DNA of 64,000 nt. Source: Thermoplasmata archaeon (GTDB lineage: Archaea; Thermoplasmatota; Thermoplasmata; Lutacidiplasmatales; UBA184). The stretch's first letter is position 1. Each line of letters starts with the position of its first letter. The translations under genes were made by a program, and so were the position numbers. The notes under the pieces were generated by a model, which worked only from the letters and a program-made list of their open reading frames with translations, searched no databases and had not been told where the DNA came from. The stretch covers positions 993 through 64,992 of the forward strand of contig JBAUZT010000027.1 of assembly GCA_049585415.1 (NCBI GenBank), read 5' to 3'. Of the stretch, positions 7,871 to 17,551 are shown piece after piece.

Positions 7871-8932
7871 GTGAACCTGGAGGAACTGGCTCGGTACCTC
7901 CCCGGCCTCGAGAGGGAGCTCCGGAACTCCTACTCCCGGGAGAGGAAGTCCGCCCCCGCGACGGTGGGCCCGTACCTCGACGTGAATCAGGAGTTCACCC
8001 TCCGAGGGGGGAAGCGGTTCCGCGCCACGCTGGTCCTCGCGGGCTACTACTTGGCGACCCGTCGGCCGCCCCGCCCCGCGCTGCCCGCGGCGGCCGCGCT
8101 CGAGCACTTCCAGAGCTGGATGCTGATCCACGACGATATCATCGACCACTCCGAGGAGCGTCGGGGCGGCCCCACGGTCCACCGAGCGCTCGCGGAAGCG
8201 CATCGACGAGACCGGCGCGAGGGCTCGAGCGAGGAGTACGGTACGGGGATCGCGATCACGCTCGGTGACCTCGAGGAACCGTTCACGGTGGGCGCCATCC
8301 TCTCCTCCAAGGTCGCCGCGGCGGCGCGGTTGGGAGCGCTCGCCGAGTACGTACGGATGACGCGACTGACGGCCTATGGCCAGCTCCTCGACATCCGCAA
8401 CGGAACGCTCGATCCGGGGTCGGTCACGGAGAGCGACGTGCTCCACGTTCATCGGCTCAAGTCGGCGATGTACACGGTCGCCTGCCCGATGCGGATCGGC
8501 GCGATCCTCGGCGGCATGGGCCGCGCCGGTCTCGGCGACCTCGAGTCGATCGGCACCGACCTCGGGATCGCCTTCCAGCTGCGCGACGATGTACTCGGTT
8601 CGGGGTTCGATGCCGGCGCGTCGGGCAAGACCGCGAACGACCTCTCCGAAGGGAAGCGGACCCTGCTCGTGGTGCGCGCATGGGCGGGCGCGAGCGAAGC
8701 CGACCGGGCGCGTCTCGCCCGAGTGCTTGGGAACGCCGAGGCGACCCCGGAGGACGTGGAGCGGGCTCGAGAGGTCATTCGCACGACGGGAAGCCTCGCC
8801 TATTCGGAGCGGCGCATCGCGGAGCTCACCGCTCGAGCGCTCGCTCGCCTCGACCGGAGCCGAACGTTGCGCGGGGCCGCGCGACCGTTGGTCCGAGAGA
8901 TCGCCGACCGGCTCGTCCGCCGGAAGATGTGA
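7871..8932 (+). CDS. idsA: Geranylgeranyl diphosphate synthase (polyprenyl synthetase)
   Basis: First and second Asp-rich motifs (LIHDDIIDH, FQLRDDVLG). GTG start. Confidence 0.85.
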   Translation: MNLEELARYLPGLERELRNSYSRERKSAPATVGPYLDVNQEFTLRGGKRFRATLVLAGYYLATRRPPRPALPAAAALEHFQSWMLIHDDIIDHSEERRGGPTVHRALAEAHRRDRREGSSEEYGTGIAITLGDLEEPFTVGAILSSKVAAAARLGALAEYVRMTRLTAYGQLLDIRNGTLDPGSVTESDVLHVHRLKSAMYTVACPMRIGAILGGMGRAGLGDLESIGTDLGIAFQLRDDVLGSGFDAGASGKTANDLSEGKRTLLVVRAWAGASEADRARLARVLGNAEATPEDVERAREVIRTTGSLAYSERRIAELTARALARLDRSRTLRGAARPLVREIADRLVRRKM

Positions 8933-8938
8933 TCGCGG

Positions 8939-9313
8939 CTACTCTTCCGCTGAACTAGTTGGTTGGACCCCGGCGGCTTGCAGGGCCTGGGTAAGCTCCT
9001 GCTGCATCGTGGTGTAGCGTTCCTTCAGGTGGTTCTCCTGTCGCTCGATCGACTTCACGCGCACCTCGAGCGTCTCCTTCTCCTCGGAGAGTAGGTCCTC
9101 CACCTCCTTCTTGTTCTTGGCGCGGACGAGCAGACCGCCGATCGGGCGGTAGAGCACGGCGTCGTCGGCGAGCGGCTTCAGTTCCTCGAGCGTGTGGGTG
9201 ACCTCGCGCAGCTTGAGGTCGATCTGCAGCCGTTGCTGCTGCGTCGACCCGAGCTCCTGTTGGAGCCGCTGGAACTGCTTTAGGTCGTTCTGGAGTTTCG
9301 CGGGAAGGGCCAC
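8939..9313 (-). CDS. pfdB: Prefoldin beta subunit
   Basis: 124-aa coiled-coil/beta-hairpin/coiled-coil protein (LYRPIGGLLVRAK...). Confidence 0.8.
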   Translation of the reverse strand: MALPAKLQNDLKQFQRLQQELGSTQQQRLQIDLKLREVTHTLEELKPLADDAVLYRPIGGLLVRAKNKKEVEDLLSEEKETLEVRVKSIERQENHLKERYTTMQQELTQALQAAGVQPTSSAEE

Positions 9314-9371
9314 GGCCGCCTGACCCGGAGTGGAAGATAAGCGCTTCGCCGGCCGGACCCCGAGGGGTTCG

Positions 9372-9653
9372 TTAGTCCATCGAACGCGCCGCCTCGCGAG
9401 CCGAGCGCAGCGTTCCGAGCGACAGCGCGACCCACCCGAGGTACGTGTTCAATGCGGCGCGCATCGCGCCGGTGTCGTCGGCCGCGATCGCGAGCTCGAC
9501 GGTGTCGGGCGCCGAACGGCGCAGCGTCGCGCGCGCGCGGGGCACCTCTCGATCCGCTTCCGGCCGCAGGGAGCGCTCGAGCATCTCGGCGGTCCGTTCG
9601 CTCCGGGCGCGGACGTGGAGCGTCGCGGACCACGACGCGGGCACCGCCGTCAT
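9372..9653 (-). CDS. pcc1: KEOPS complex subunit Pcc1
   Basis: Not a separate entry in the ORF track; it is the C-terminal 94 codons of ORF 9372..10073. Starts MTAVPASWSATLHVRARSERTAEMLERSLRPE and ends LRAALNTYLGWVALSLGTL, the Pcc1 pattern. Its ATG overlaps the purB stop (ATGA). Confidence 0.6.
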   Translation of the reverse strand: MTAVPASWSATLHVRARSERTAEMLERSLRPEADREVPRARATLRRSAPDTVELAIAADDTGAMRAALNTYLGWVALSLGTLRSAREAARSMD

Positions 9654-11104
9654 CGGCCGAGTTCGCGCTCCAGTCGGGCGACGACGCGGTCGGTCTTCTC
9701 CGCCGCCGACCGCACGTAGCTCTCCGGGGCGAGGAGTTCGTCGATCTCGGCCGGGGTCAGCAGCTTCCGCACCCTCGGGTCGGCCTTGGCCCGCGCGGCG
9801 AGCGCCGGGCCCTTCCCGGGGTCTCGAGTGAGCGTTCGGAGGATCTCGTGCGCGTCCGACCGAGCGAGGCCCTTCGTGGTGAGGGCGAGCATCAGGTTCT
9901 CGGACATCGCGGCGCCCCCGGTGCGATCGAGCTCCTCCGCCATCCGATCGGCTCGGACCTCGAGCCCAACGAACACCCCGGTCAGCTTCGAGAGCACGTC
10001 GTCGGTCAGGACGATCGCGTGCGGGAGGACGATCCGCTCGTTGGCGGAGTTGGCGAGGTCGCGCTCGTGCCACTGGACCATGTTCTCGAGGGGAGGGCCC
10101 GCGAAGGCGCGGATGAGACGAGCGAGCGAGCTGATGTTCTCCGAGACGATCGGGTTCCGCTTCTGAGCCATGGTGGAACTGCCGACTTGGCGGCGCTCAT
10201 CGAACGCCTCCGCGACCTCGGAGATCTCCGTGCGTTGCAGGTTCCGAACCTCGGTCGCGAGTCGTTCCGCGGTCGAGGCGACCAGCGCCATCCAGTTCGT
10301 GAATTCGGCGACCCGGTCGCGCCCGACCAGTTGGGTCGGGGCCTCGTCGGCGCCCAGCCCCAGGCGGTGCATGACCCCAGTCTCGACCTCGGTCGCGTGT
10401 GGGCCGAACCCGGCGCCCGTGCCCACCGCTCCCGACATCTTCCCGACCAGGAGCCGCGGCAAGAGTTCGTCCAGTCGCTCGCGATGACGCATCACTTCGG
10501 CCGCCCCGACCGCGACCTTGTAACCGAAACTGGTCGGGACCCCGTGCTGACCGTGGGTCCGTCCGATCTCCGGCGTTGCGCGGTGCCGTTTCGCGAGCGC
10601 GACCAGCGTTCGGATGAGCTCGGTGAGGTCCGCGCGGAGGATCGCCGCGCTCTCTTTGAGCTCGAGGGCCAGCGCGGTGTCGGTGATGTCCTGGCTGGTC
10701 GCGCCGAAGTGGACCCATCGGCCGCCATCGCCGGACGCCTCCGCGAGGGCCCGCGTGATCGCCATGACGTCGTGGCGGAGGGTGCGCTCGAGCGCGTCGA
10801 CCTTCTCCACAGGCACTGATTGAAGGGTCGCGGCGGCCGCGATCGCGGAGGCGGCTCCGGGAGGGATCATTCCCAATTCCGCTTCCGTGGCCGCGAGCGC
10901 CGCCTCGACCTGAAGGGCCCGTGCTAGCCGCGCGCCTCGGGAGAACAGGTCGCGGACTTGCGCGCGACCGTACCGAAACTCCAGCGGACAGAAGAGTTCT
11001 GACGACCCGCTCTCCACGCGTCGGGACCCGGACCCGGATATATAGCCATACTGCGAACCGAACGCGCCCGAGTTCGTCCCGGTCAATCCCGCTCGGAAGC
11101 CCAT
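9650..11104 (-). CDS. purB: Adenylosuccinate lyase
   Basis: Fumarate-lyase signature GSSTMAQKRNP and N-terminal CPLEFRYG motif. Start is uncertain: the ATG at 11104 overlaps the upstream gene by about 20 nt. The track ORF extends spuriously to 11356. Confidence 0.8.
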   Translation of the reverse strand: MGFRAGLTGTNSGAFGSQYGYISGSGSRRVESGSSELFCPLEFRYGRAQVRDLFSRGARLARALQVEAALAATEAELGMIPPGAASAIAAAATLQSVPVEKVDALERTLRHDVMAITRALAEASGDGGRWVHFGATSQDITDTALALELKESAAILRADLTELIRTLVALAKRHRATPEIGRTHGQHGVPTSFGYKVAVGAAEVMRHRERLDELLPRLLVGKMSGAVGTGAGFGPHATEVETGVMHRLGLGADEAPTQLVGRDRVAEFTNWMALVASTAERLATEVRNLQRTEISEVAEAFDERRQVGSSTMAQKRNPIVSENISSLARLIRAFAGPPLENMVQWHERDLANSANERIVLPHAIVLTDDVLSKLTGVFVGLEVRADRMAEELDRTGGAAMSENLMLALTTKGLARSDAHEILRTLTRDPGKGPALAARAKADPRVRKLLTPAEIDELLAPESYVRSAAEKTDRVVARLERELGR

Positions 11105-11889
11105 CCCCGACGTTGCTCGCGAGCGAGGATTCGATCGATACCGCTCCCGAACTGTAGGGCCTGCTTCGGTCGGTTCGCGATGGTCGGCGGGAGACCACGG
11201 TGCACCGCCCACCGGCGGAACACGGCTTTGGGGTTGGGTGACGGTTGGCGGTACTCTAGAGGTATCGAGCGAGCCGCGGCCACGAACCCCGGGTCGAGAT
11301 AGGGTGCGGCGACCGTGCGACCCAACCGCTTCGCGATCCGCAAGGTCCGGGGCCATTCCCGGTCCAGCAATTGAACGAGGTCGGCATCGGCCCGCCGACC
11401 CGCTTCGCCGGAGTCCAACCCTCGGAAATGGGCATATCCGAGAAACAGTTCGTCGATTCCTTGACCGCAGAGGATCTGCCCCTCCGGCGCCCGTGCTAAG
11501 GCGACCGCTACCGACGTTTGCACACTTCGCAGGGTCGGGCCGAGGTCCGAAAGTTCGGGACGAATCTGGTCCACGACTCCCTGCACCGCCCGGGTGTCGA
11601 TCTCGGAAACCTCCCCCGGTAATCCTAGCTGGTTCGCCGCTTCCTTTGCGACAGCGAGGCCCGAGCTGCCCTGCGTACCGATCGTGAAGAGAACGAGTCG
11701 GGGATGGTGTCGGAGCTCCCAGGCGAGCAGTCCGGAGTCGACTCCGCCGGAAAACAGCACGACGACCCGACCGGGGGCCACCAGCCAGGGAGCGAGCACC
11801 GACGAGAGCGCGTGGTCCAGTGAGGCGAAGTACCGACCGTCCCTCTCGGAGTTCCCCCCGCTCGCCGACGCTGCCATGGACGGCGCCAC
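11083..11889 (-). CDS. PP-loop ATPase, asparagine synthase (AsnB C-terminal domain)-like
   Basis: SGGVDS PP-loop (VVLFSGGVDSGLLA). 268 aa. Confidence 0.6.
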   Translation of the reverse strand: MAPSMAASASGGNSERDGRYFASLDHALSSVLAPWLVAPGRVVVLFSGGVDSGLLAWELRHHPRLVLFTIGTQGSSGLAVAKEAANQLGLPGEVSEIDTRAVQGVVDQIRPELSDLGPTLRSVQTSVAVALARAPEGQILCGQGIDELFLGYAHFRGLDSGEAGRRADADLVQLLDREWPRTLRIAKRLGRTVAAPYLDPGFVAAARSIPLEYRQPSPNPKAVFRRWAVHRGLPPTIANRPKQALQFGSGIDRILAREQRRGWASERD

Positions 11890-11928
11890 CCCGGCGTCAA
11901 CCCTTATCGTTCTCGAAGGTACCCAGCG

Positions 11929-12519
11929 ATGATGGCCGTTGACTCGAAAGAGGCTTCCCGCGACCGCCCGGCGCGACGTGCGCTATTCACGGACCGCGAT
12001 GGCACCCTCGGACCCGACCTCCGATACCTCAAGGAAGCGGAGCGATTCGAACTGTTTCGCGGAGTCGGTGCGGCGATCGCGCTCGCTCACGCCCGCGGCT
12101 ACCTCGTCGTCTGCGTGACGAACCAGTCGGGGATCGAGCGGGGGTTCTATACTCGGGAGGACGTCGAACGAATCCATCGTCGCGTGAACGAACTGCTCGC
12201 CTCGAGCAAGACCTTGGTGGACGCGTTCTACTACTGCCCGCACGCCCCCGAAAGTCATTGTGCCTGCCGTAAGCCGGGCACCCTGCTCTTCGAACAGGCC
12301 CGGCGGGAGTGGCACATCGATTTCGGAACGAGCGCCATCATCGGGGACCGGAACATCGACATCGAGGCCGGTCGTCGGCTCGGCCTGTTGACCGCCTACG
12401 TACCGAACACCGCCCGGCCCGGCGAGGAAGCCCAAGAGTTCCCTGCGGGCAGCCCGCCCCCCGACATCCGCGCCGAAAGTTTCGCGGACGCGGTCGCGCA
12501 GATTCTCGCCCGCGCGTAG
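11929..12519 (+). CDS. HAD-IIIA phosphatase, GmhB (D,D-heptose-1,7-bisphosphate phosphatase)-like
   Basis: DRDGT motif I. Zn motif CPHAPESHCACRKP, characteristic of the GmhB/HisB-N family. Confidence 0.7.
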   Translation: MMAVDSKEASRDRPARRALFTDRDGTLGPDLRYLKEAERFELFRGVGAAIALAHARGYLVVCVTNQSGIERGFYTREDVERIHRRVNELLASSKTLVDAFYYCPHAPESHCACRKPGTLLFEQARREWHIDFGTSAIIGDRNIDIEAGRRLGLLTAYVPNTARPGEEAQEFPAGSPPPDIRAESFADAVAQILARA

Positions 12520-12582
12520 GGCCATTTCGGCTCGCGCGGCAAGGCGTTAAACGCCTCCCTCGCTCGCGACCGGGGGCTTCTC

Positions 12583-13344
12583 TTGGTGCTGGGACTCATT
12601 CCCGCCGCGTTCGGGATCGTCTTCACGGTCGCCCTCGCCGTGGGCGCCGTCGCGGCGTACGCCCTCACTCCGCTCGCGGGAGTCGTGGCGGCCGCCTTCG
12701 GTGTGGTCATCGTCGCTCTCGTGGGCTTCCCCTTCCTTGCCCTCCTCATCCTGTTCGTGGTCGGGAGCGTTCTCGCGACCCGGTTTCGGATCCAGGAGAA
12801 GCGGAGCAAGCACGTTCAGGAGGGCGTGGCGGGAGAGCGCGGCGTCTCGAACGTGGTCGCGCACATCGTGCTCCCGACCGCACTCGCGATCGCCGGCGGC
12901 GTGGCGCCTCCGCTCCTCGCGACACCGGCACTCGCGGTCCTCTACGCCAGCGCCCTCGCGTTCGGCGCGGCGGACACCTTCGCGAGCGAGCTCGGCGTTC
13001 TTTCGGGGTCCGCTCGCAGCATCCTCACGTTCCGCAAAGTGGAGCCCGGTACGAACGGGGGAGTCTCCACGGTCGGGGAGGCATGGGCGGTGGTCGGAGC
13101 GGCGATCACCGCGTTCGTTGGGGTCGGCCTCTTCCGTCTGTTCTCGACCGCCCTGCCCTCCACCGCGGTGTTCCTGGGCACCGTCGTCGTCGCGGGATTC
13201 CTGGGTTGTCAGGTCGATTCCGTCCTCGGGGAGACGCTCGAGAACCGGGGCATCCTCACGAAGGGGTCGACCAACTTCCTCGGCATGCTGTCCTCGATCG
13301 CGATCGCCGCGTTGATCCTCACGCTGCTCGGGGTGGCGCTGTGA
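12583..13344 (+). CDS. DUF92/TMEM19-like integral membrane protein
   Basis: Polytopic hydrophobic protein containing GTNGGVS and TFASELG motifs. TTG start. The stop overlaps the queC GTG start. Confidence 0.5.
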   Translation: MVLGLIPAAFGIVFTVALAVGAVAAYALTPLAGVVAAAFGVVIVALVGFPFLALLILFVVGSVLATRFRIQEKRSKHVQEGVAGERGVSNVVAHIVLPTALAIAGGVAPPLLATPALAVLYASALAFGAADTFASELGVLSGSARSILTFRKVEPGTNGGVSTVGEAWAVVGAAITAFVGVGLFRLFSTALPSTAVFLGTVVVAGFLGCQVDSVLGETLENRGILTKGSTNFLGMLSSIAIAALILTLLGVAL

Positions 13345-14033
13345 GACCGGCCCACCGCTCGCCGGGGAGCGTCGTGCTGCTCTCGGGCGGCATGGACTCC
13401 GCGACCTGCCTCGCGCTCGCCGTCCGTAGGGGCGGTCCGGTCCACGCGCTGACGGTGCTCTACGGGCAGCGCCACGATCGAGAGGTTCGCGCGGCCCGGG
13501 CCCTCGCCCGCAGATACCACGTCCACCGACACGTGGTCGTCTCCCTGGCGCTCGGCCCGCTGTTGGATTCCTCGTTGACCGACCGGCGACGACCCCTCCC
13601 CACCCGGGGGGTTCGACCCCGGCGGATCCCGTCGACCTACGTGCCGGCGCGGAACACGATCCTGCTCGGAGTCGCCCTCGGGTACGCCGAGAGCCACCGG
13701 CTCGAGTCGATCTGGATCGGCGCCAACGCGATCGACTACTCCGGTTATCCCGATTGTCGTCCGGAGTTCTTCCGCGCGTTCGAGCGTCTCGCGCGCGTCG
13801 CGACGAAGGCAGGGGTCGAGCGCCACGTTCGAATCCGCGTGCGAGCGCCGCTCCTCTCCAAGACGAAAGCGGATATCGTACGTTGGGGGGAGCGCCTCGG
13901 GGTGCCGTGGGCGCTCACGTGGAGTTGCTACGCGGGAGGAAGCGTACCGTGCGGTCGGTGCGATTCGTGCCGTCTCCGGGATCGGGGGTTCCGAGCCGCC
14001 GGAGTGGCGGACCCGCTCCGAGCCACTCGTTAG
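13341..14033 (+). CDS. queC: 7-cyano-7-deazaguanine synthase QueC
   Basis: LLSGGMDS PP-loop and C-terminal CGRCDSCRLR zinc motif. This is the in-frame tail of track ORF 12309..14033; GTG start at 13341. Confidence 0.85.
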   Translation: MRPAHRSPGSVVLLSGGMDSATCLALAVRRGGPVHALTVLYGQRHDREVRAARALARRYHVHRHVVVSLALGPLLDSSLTDRRRPLPTRGVRPRRIPSTYVPARNTILLGVALGYAESHRLESIWIGANAIDYSGYPDCRPEFFRAFERLARVATKAGVERHVRIRVRAPLLSKTKADIVRWGERLGVPWALTWSCYAGGSVPCGRCDSCRLRDRGFRAAGVADPLRATR

Positions 14034-14491
14034 CTCGCCTTCGCGGCCGAGGCGGCGGCCGCCGGTGCCGCGGGGGGAATGGGAGTCACGGGGGACGTGC
14101 AAAACGAGCAGCGCTTCGCTGCGAGCGGGATCTGAGAGAGACATTCGGGACAGGGTCGGGTTGTCGCCGTGGCCGCCGGCGCCTTCGCGGCCTTGCGGTC
14201 TTGGTATCGCTGATAGGGGAGCGCGATCAGGAAGAATATCACGAGGACGATCAGCGCGAACGAGATGATGGAGTCGAGGAAGAGTCCCTGCAGGATCGAG
14301 CTGCCGTTCACCGTGTAGCGCCAGGCGGAGAAGTTGAAGCTCCCCACGATCCCGATGAGCGGAGTGAAGATGTTCGTGACGAGCGAGGTGATCAGCGCGG
14401 TGAACGCCGCCCCGATCACGAACGCGACCGCGAGCTGGACCAGGTTCCCCTGGGTGACGAATCTGACGAAATCCTCCCGGATGGTCGCCAT
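14030..14491 (-). CDS. mscL: Large-conductance mechanosensitive channel MscL with a C-terminal Cys4 zinc-ribbon extension
   Basis: N-terminus FVTQGNLVQLAVAFVIGAAF is the MscL signature, with two TM helices. The C-terminus has CPEC...CSFC. Confidence 0.8.
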   Translation of the reverse strand: MATIREDFVRFVTQGNLVQLAVAFVIGAAFTALITSLVTNIFTPLIGIVGSFNFSAWRYTVNGSSILQGLFLDSIISFALIVLVIFFLIALPYQRYQDRKAAKAPAATATTRPCPECLSQIPLAAKRCSFCTSPVTPIPPAAPAAAASAAKAS

Positions 14492-14545
14492 CGGTGTCCC
14501 GAAGGATTCGAAAGGAGACCTATTTGGAAGTTGTTTCGGACCGGC

Positions 14546-16348
14546 TCACATGCGCTCGAGCCGCGGAATGCCGAGAAGGTCGAGCGAATTGCCCAGGGTT
14601 TGCCGGACCGCGGCCACGAGCGCGAGGCGGCTCTCTCGCTCCGCTCCGGAGCGGAGCACCGGCACCGCATGGTAGAACCGATTGAACTGATCGGCGAGGT
14701 CGTGCGCGTACCCGGCGATCGCTTGGACATGGGCGGTGCGGGCGGAGTTGACCACGGTCCGCGGCAGTCCGGCCACGACCCGGATGAGCGCGCGCTCCTC
14801 GGGGTCCGAGAGCCGGGCCGCATCGAAGGGGAACGGGCCGGCGTCGACCCCGGCTTTTCGGAGGAGGCTCGAGGCCCGGGCGTACGAGTACTGGACGAAC
14901 GGTCCGCTGCGTCCCTCGAATGAGAGCGCGTCCTCCCAGCGGAAGACGACCGGCTTCTCCGGGGCGACCCGCGCCACGTGGTAGCGGATCGCGGCGGTCG
15001 CCACCGATTCTGCGATGCGGTCGACATCGCCTTCGGCCAAGTCCTCGCGGCGCGCGAGCACCTCGTGACGGGCCCGGTCGACCGCCTCCGTGAGCAGATG
15101 GTCGAGCCAGACCGCCGATCCCCCACGAGTGGACATCCGACCCCCGTCGGGGACCGTGATGTCCTGATAGATCACGTAGACCGGCCGGCGCGTCTCGCCG
15201 CATTCCGCGAGCAGCGCGTCGAGGGTCCGAGCGTGGAGCTGATGGTCCTGGCCGAGCACGTCGACGACCCGGCCGAACCGCGCGAATTTCGCGAGGTGAT
15301 ACGCGACATCGCGGGTGACATAGAGCGTCGTCCCGTTCCCCCGCTGAAAGATGACGCGCGTGGACTCCTTGGGAAGATCATAGCTCGAGGCATCGATCGC
15401 CCAGGCGCCGTTCTCCTCTCGGACCGCGTGAGGGGCCCGGCGCAGCCGTTCGAGCACTCGCTCGACCGACCCGTCCCGAAGGAAATCGGATTCCCAGACG
15501 AACTCATCGAACCCGATCCCGAGCCGAGCGAGCGACGCGAGCATGCCGTCGAGGATCGATTGGGTGAGCTCGCGGTGCTGCGGTGGCGGCGAACCGCTCT
15601 CCAATTGCCGAACGAGTTCGGCGACCTCCGCCTGCGCGTCCGGATGTTCCTTGAGGTAGGCACTGGCCGCGGGGTACGGACGGCCCCGATGCGCGTCGAC
15701 CTTCTCGCCCTCGACCTCCTCTCCGTCGACCGCCTTACGGATCGGCTCGGGCCATTCGTCGCGGGGTTTCGACCAGATCCAGGTGATCATCGCCGCCTGG
15801 CGTCCCATGTCGTCGACGTAGTACTGGGTCGTGACCGGGGTGCCGGAGGCGCGGACGATCCGGGCTAGCGTGTCGCCGATGATCGCGTTCCTCACCCGGC
15901 CGATGTGAAATGGACCGGTGGGGTTCGCGCTCGTGTGCTCCACGCACGCCGGGGCGCCCGTGAGCGCGGCGTGCCCGTACTTCGACCCTCGGGCGAGGAC
16001 CGTGCCGAGCGTCGCGGCGGTGAGCCGTGCCGGATCGATCGTGAAGTTGGCATACGCGCCCTTCGCGCGAACCTCGGAGATCCCTTCGGAGCGAGGAAAG
16101 GTAGCGGCGAGCTCCAAGGCGAACTTCTCGGGTGGCCGTTTCGCGACGGCTGCGGCGCGATGCGCGGGGAACGCGACATCCCCCTCTTCGCCCCCCTCCA
16201 GGTTGAGCTGCGCGAGGATCGCCTCTCTCGGGAGCGGAGCCCCGAGCGCAGCGAGCGAGCGTTCGAGGCCGGCGACGATCGCCTCGACAAATTCTTGCGT
16301 CGGGTCGGTAACCTCGGACGCGGGGTCGACGGGATCGGTCACGACCAT
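14546..16348 (-). CDS. argS: Arginyl-tRNA synthetase
   Basis: 600 aa. Class I HIGH-like motif (PTGPFHIGRVR). Anticodon-binding DALR domain. Confidence 0.9.
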   Translation of the reverse strand: MVVTDPVDPASEVTDPTQEFVEAIVAGLERSLAALGAPLPREAILAQLNLEGGEEGDVAFPAHRAAAVAKRPPEKFALELAATFPRSEGISEVRAKGAYANFTIDPARLTAATLGTVLARGSKYGHAALTGAPACVEHTSANPTGPFHIGRVRNAIIGDTLARIVRASGTPVTTQYYVDDMGRQAAMITWIWSKPRDEWPEPIRKAVDGEEVEGEKVDAHRGRPYPAASAYLKEHPDAQAEVAELVRQLESGSPPPQHRELTQSILDGMLASLARLGIGFDEFVWESDFLRDGSVERVLERLRRAPHAVREENGAWAIDASSYDLPKESTRVIFQRGNGTTLYVTRDVAYHLAKFARFGRVVDVLGQDHQLHARTLDALLAECGETRRPVYVIYQDITVPDGGRMSTRGGSAVWLDHLLTEAVDRARHEVLARREDLAEGDVDRIAESVATAAIRYHVARVAPEKPVVFRWEDALSFEGRSGPFVQYSYARASSLLRKAGVDAGPFPFDAARLSDPEERALIRVVAGLPRTVVNSARTAHVQAIAGYAHDLADQFNRFYHAVPVLRSGAERESRLALVAAVRQTLGNSLDLLGIPRLERM

Positions 16349-16397
16349 CAGCGTCCGGGAAGCGCTTTAGCGGCGGGCTCGTCTTAACGATTCTCCC

Positions 16398-17300
16398 ATG
16401 TCGTCACAGATTCTCGTTCGTTACGGGGAACTTGCGCTCAAATCGGCGCCGGTTCGACGCGAATTCGAGAGCTCGCTTCGTCGGAACATTCTCGATCAGT
16501 TCGTCCGGGAGGGGCTGACCGGACGCCTCCGGGCGGACCACGGCCACCTCTACGTGGAAGTGGACGACGGTCCTCGCGCTCTTCGCGTACTCCGCCGCGT
16601 TTTCGGCATCACCTCGGTGAGCCTCGTACATGAGGTGCCGAGCGATCGGAACGCGATCCGCGATCGGCTGCTCGAACTCGCCGACCCGCGGCTCACCCCG
16701 GGCGCGTCGTTCGCCGTTCGTGCGCGGCGTACCGGGGGCCAGCACCCGTTCACCAGCCAGGAGCTCGCCCGGGACCTCGGAGGGGACGTGTTGGAGCGAT
16801 TCGCGGACCGGCAGCTCCACGTGAACCTGGAAAACCCGGACGTCGAGCTGTTCGTCGAGGTACGGGGTCCGCGGACGTACCTCTCGTTCGATCGAATGCG
16901 CGGCCCGGGGGGATTGCCCCTCGGAGTGGCGGGCCGCCTGGTCGCGCTCGTCGACGGCCCCCGAGGAGCCCTCGGTGCATTTCTCATGATGAAGCGAGGT
17001 TGCCGGGTCTCGATCGTGGCGGTTCCCACGGGCGAAGCCTTGGCGCGAGACGTGCTGGGGCGGTTCGACCCGTCCGTTCGGATCGCGACCGCGCCACCGG
17101 AGCCCTCCGATTGGGCGGCGGTCATGGCGAGAGTGAGCGAGGAGGCGCATGCGGAAGGGGTCGTCCTTCCGCTGGTGGTGGACGAATACCCGGCCGCGCG
17201 AGCGGCGTGGGGAGAGCGGGTGCTGTTCTCACCCACGGTCGGACTCACCGATACCGAGGTGGAGGAGCGGTGGAGGAACGTAGCGGCGCTCGCCGAGTGA
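16398..17300 (+). CDS. ThiI-like THUMP-domain protein with a degenerate PP-loop
   Basis: ILVRYGELALKS is the ThiI N-terminal signature, and a THUMP region follows. The PP-loop position reads LVDGPRGALGAFLMMKRG instead of SGGxDS. The protein ends after about 300 aa. Confidence 0.65.
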   Translation: MSSQILVRYGELALKSAPVRREFESSLRRNILDQFVREGLTGRLRADHGHLYVEVDDGPRALRVLRRVFGITSVSLVHEVPSDRNAIRDRLLELADPRLTPGASFAVRARRTGGQHPFTSQELARDLGGDVLERFADRQLHVNLENPDVELFVEVRGPRTYLSFDRMRGPGGLPLGVAGRLVALVDGPRGALGAFLMMKRGCRVSIVAVPTGEALARDVLGRFDPSVRIATAPPEPSDWAAVMARVSEEAHAEGVVLPLVVDEYPAARAAWGERVLFSPTVGLTDTEVEERWRNVAALAE

Positions 17301-17551
17301 CCCAGCAGCACCTCGGAGACCCGCCGGTGGAGTCGGCGCCCGAGGACGCTCCGGAGGCGCCGCTGGTCGAGCCGACCACCGGCCCGTCGGACCCTGCGCC
17401 GCTAGACCCTTCCTCCGCCCCGTCGCCGCGCGGACCTTCCGACCTTGAGCTGCGTGAGCGTCAACGTGCTTGGCGGGTGGAGCGCGCCCGGTTCGAACGC
17501 TCCCAGCGTCGTCCCCCTCTCGCCGATGAAGATTCGAAATAGACCCTCGCC

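Noticed and set aside
12309-13340. Upstream 340 codons of track ORF 12309..14033
   Set aside because: This part is an Arg-rich shadow overlapping the HAD phosphatase and DUF92 genes. Only the queC portion from the GTG at 13341 is real.
13209-14144. 311-aa minus-strand ORF antisense to queC
   Set aside because: queC motifs (SGGMDS, CGRCDSC) unambiguously mark the plus frame.
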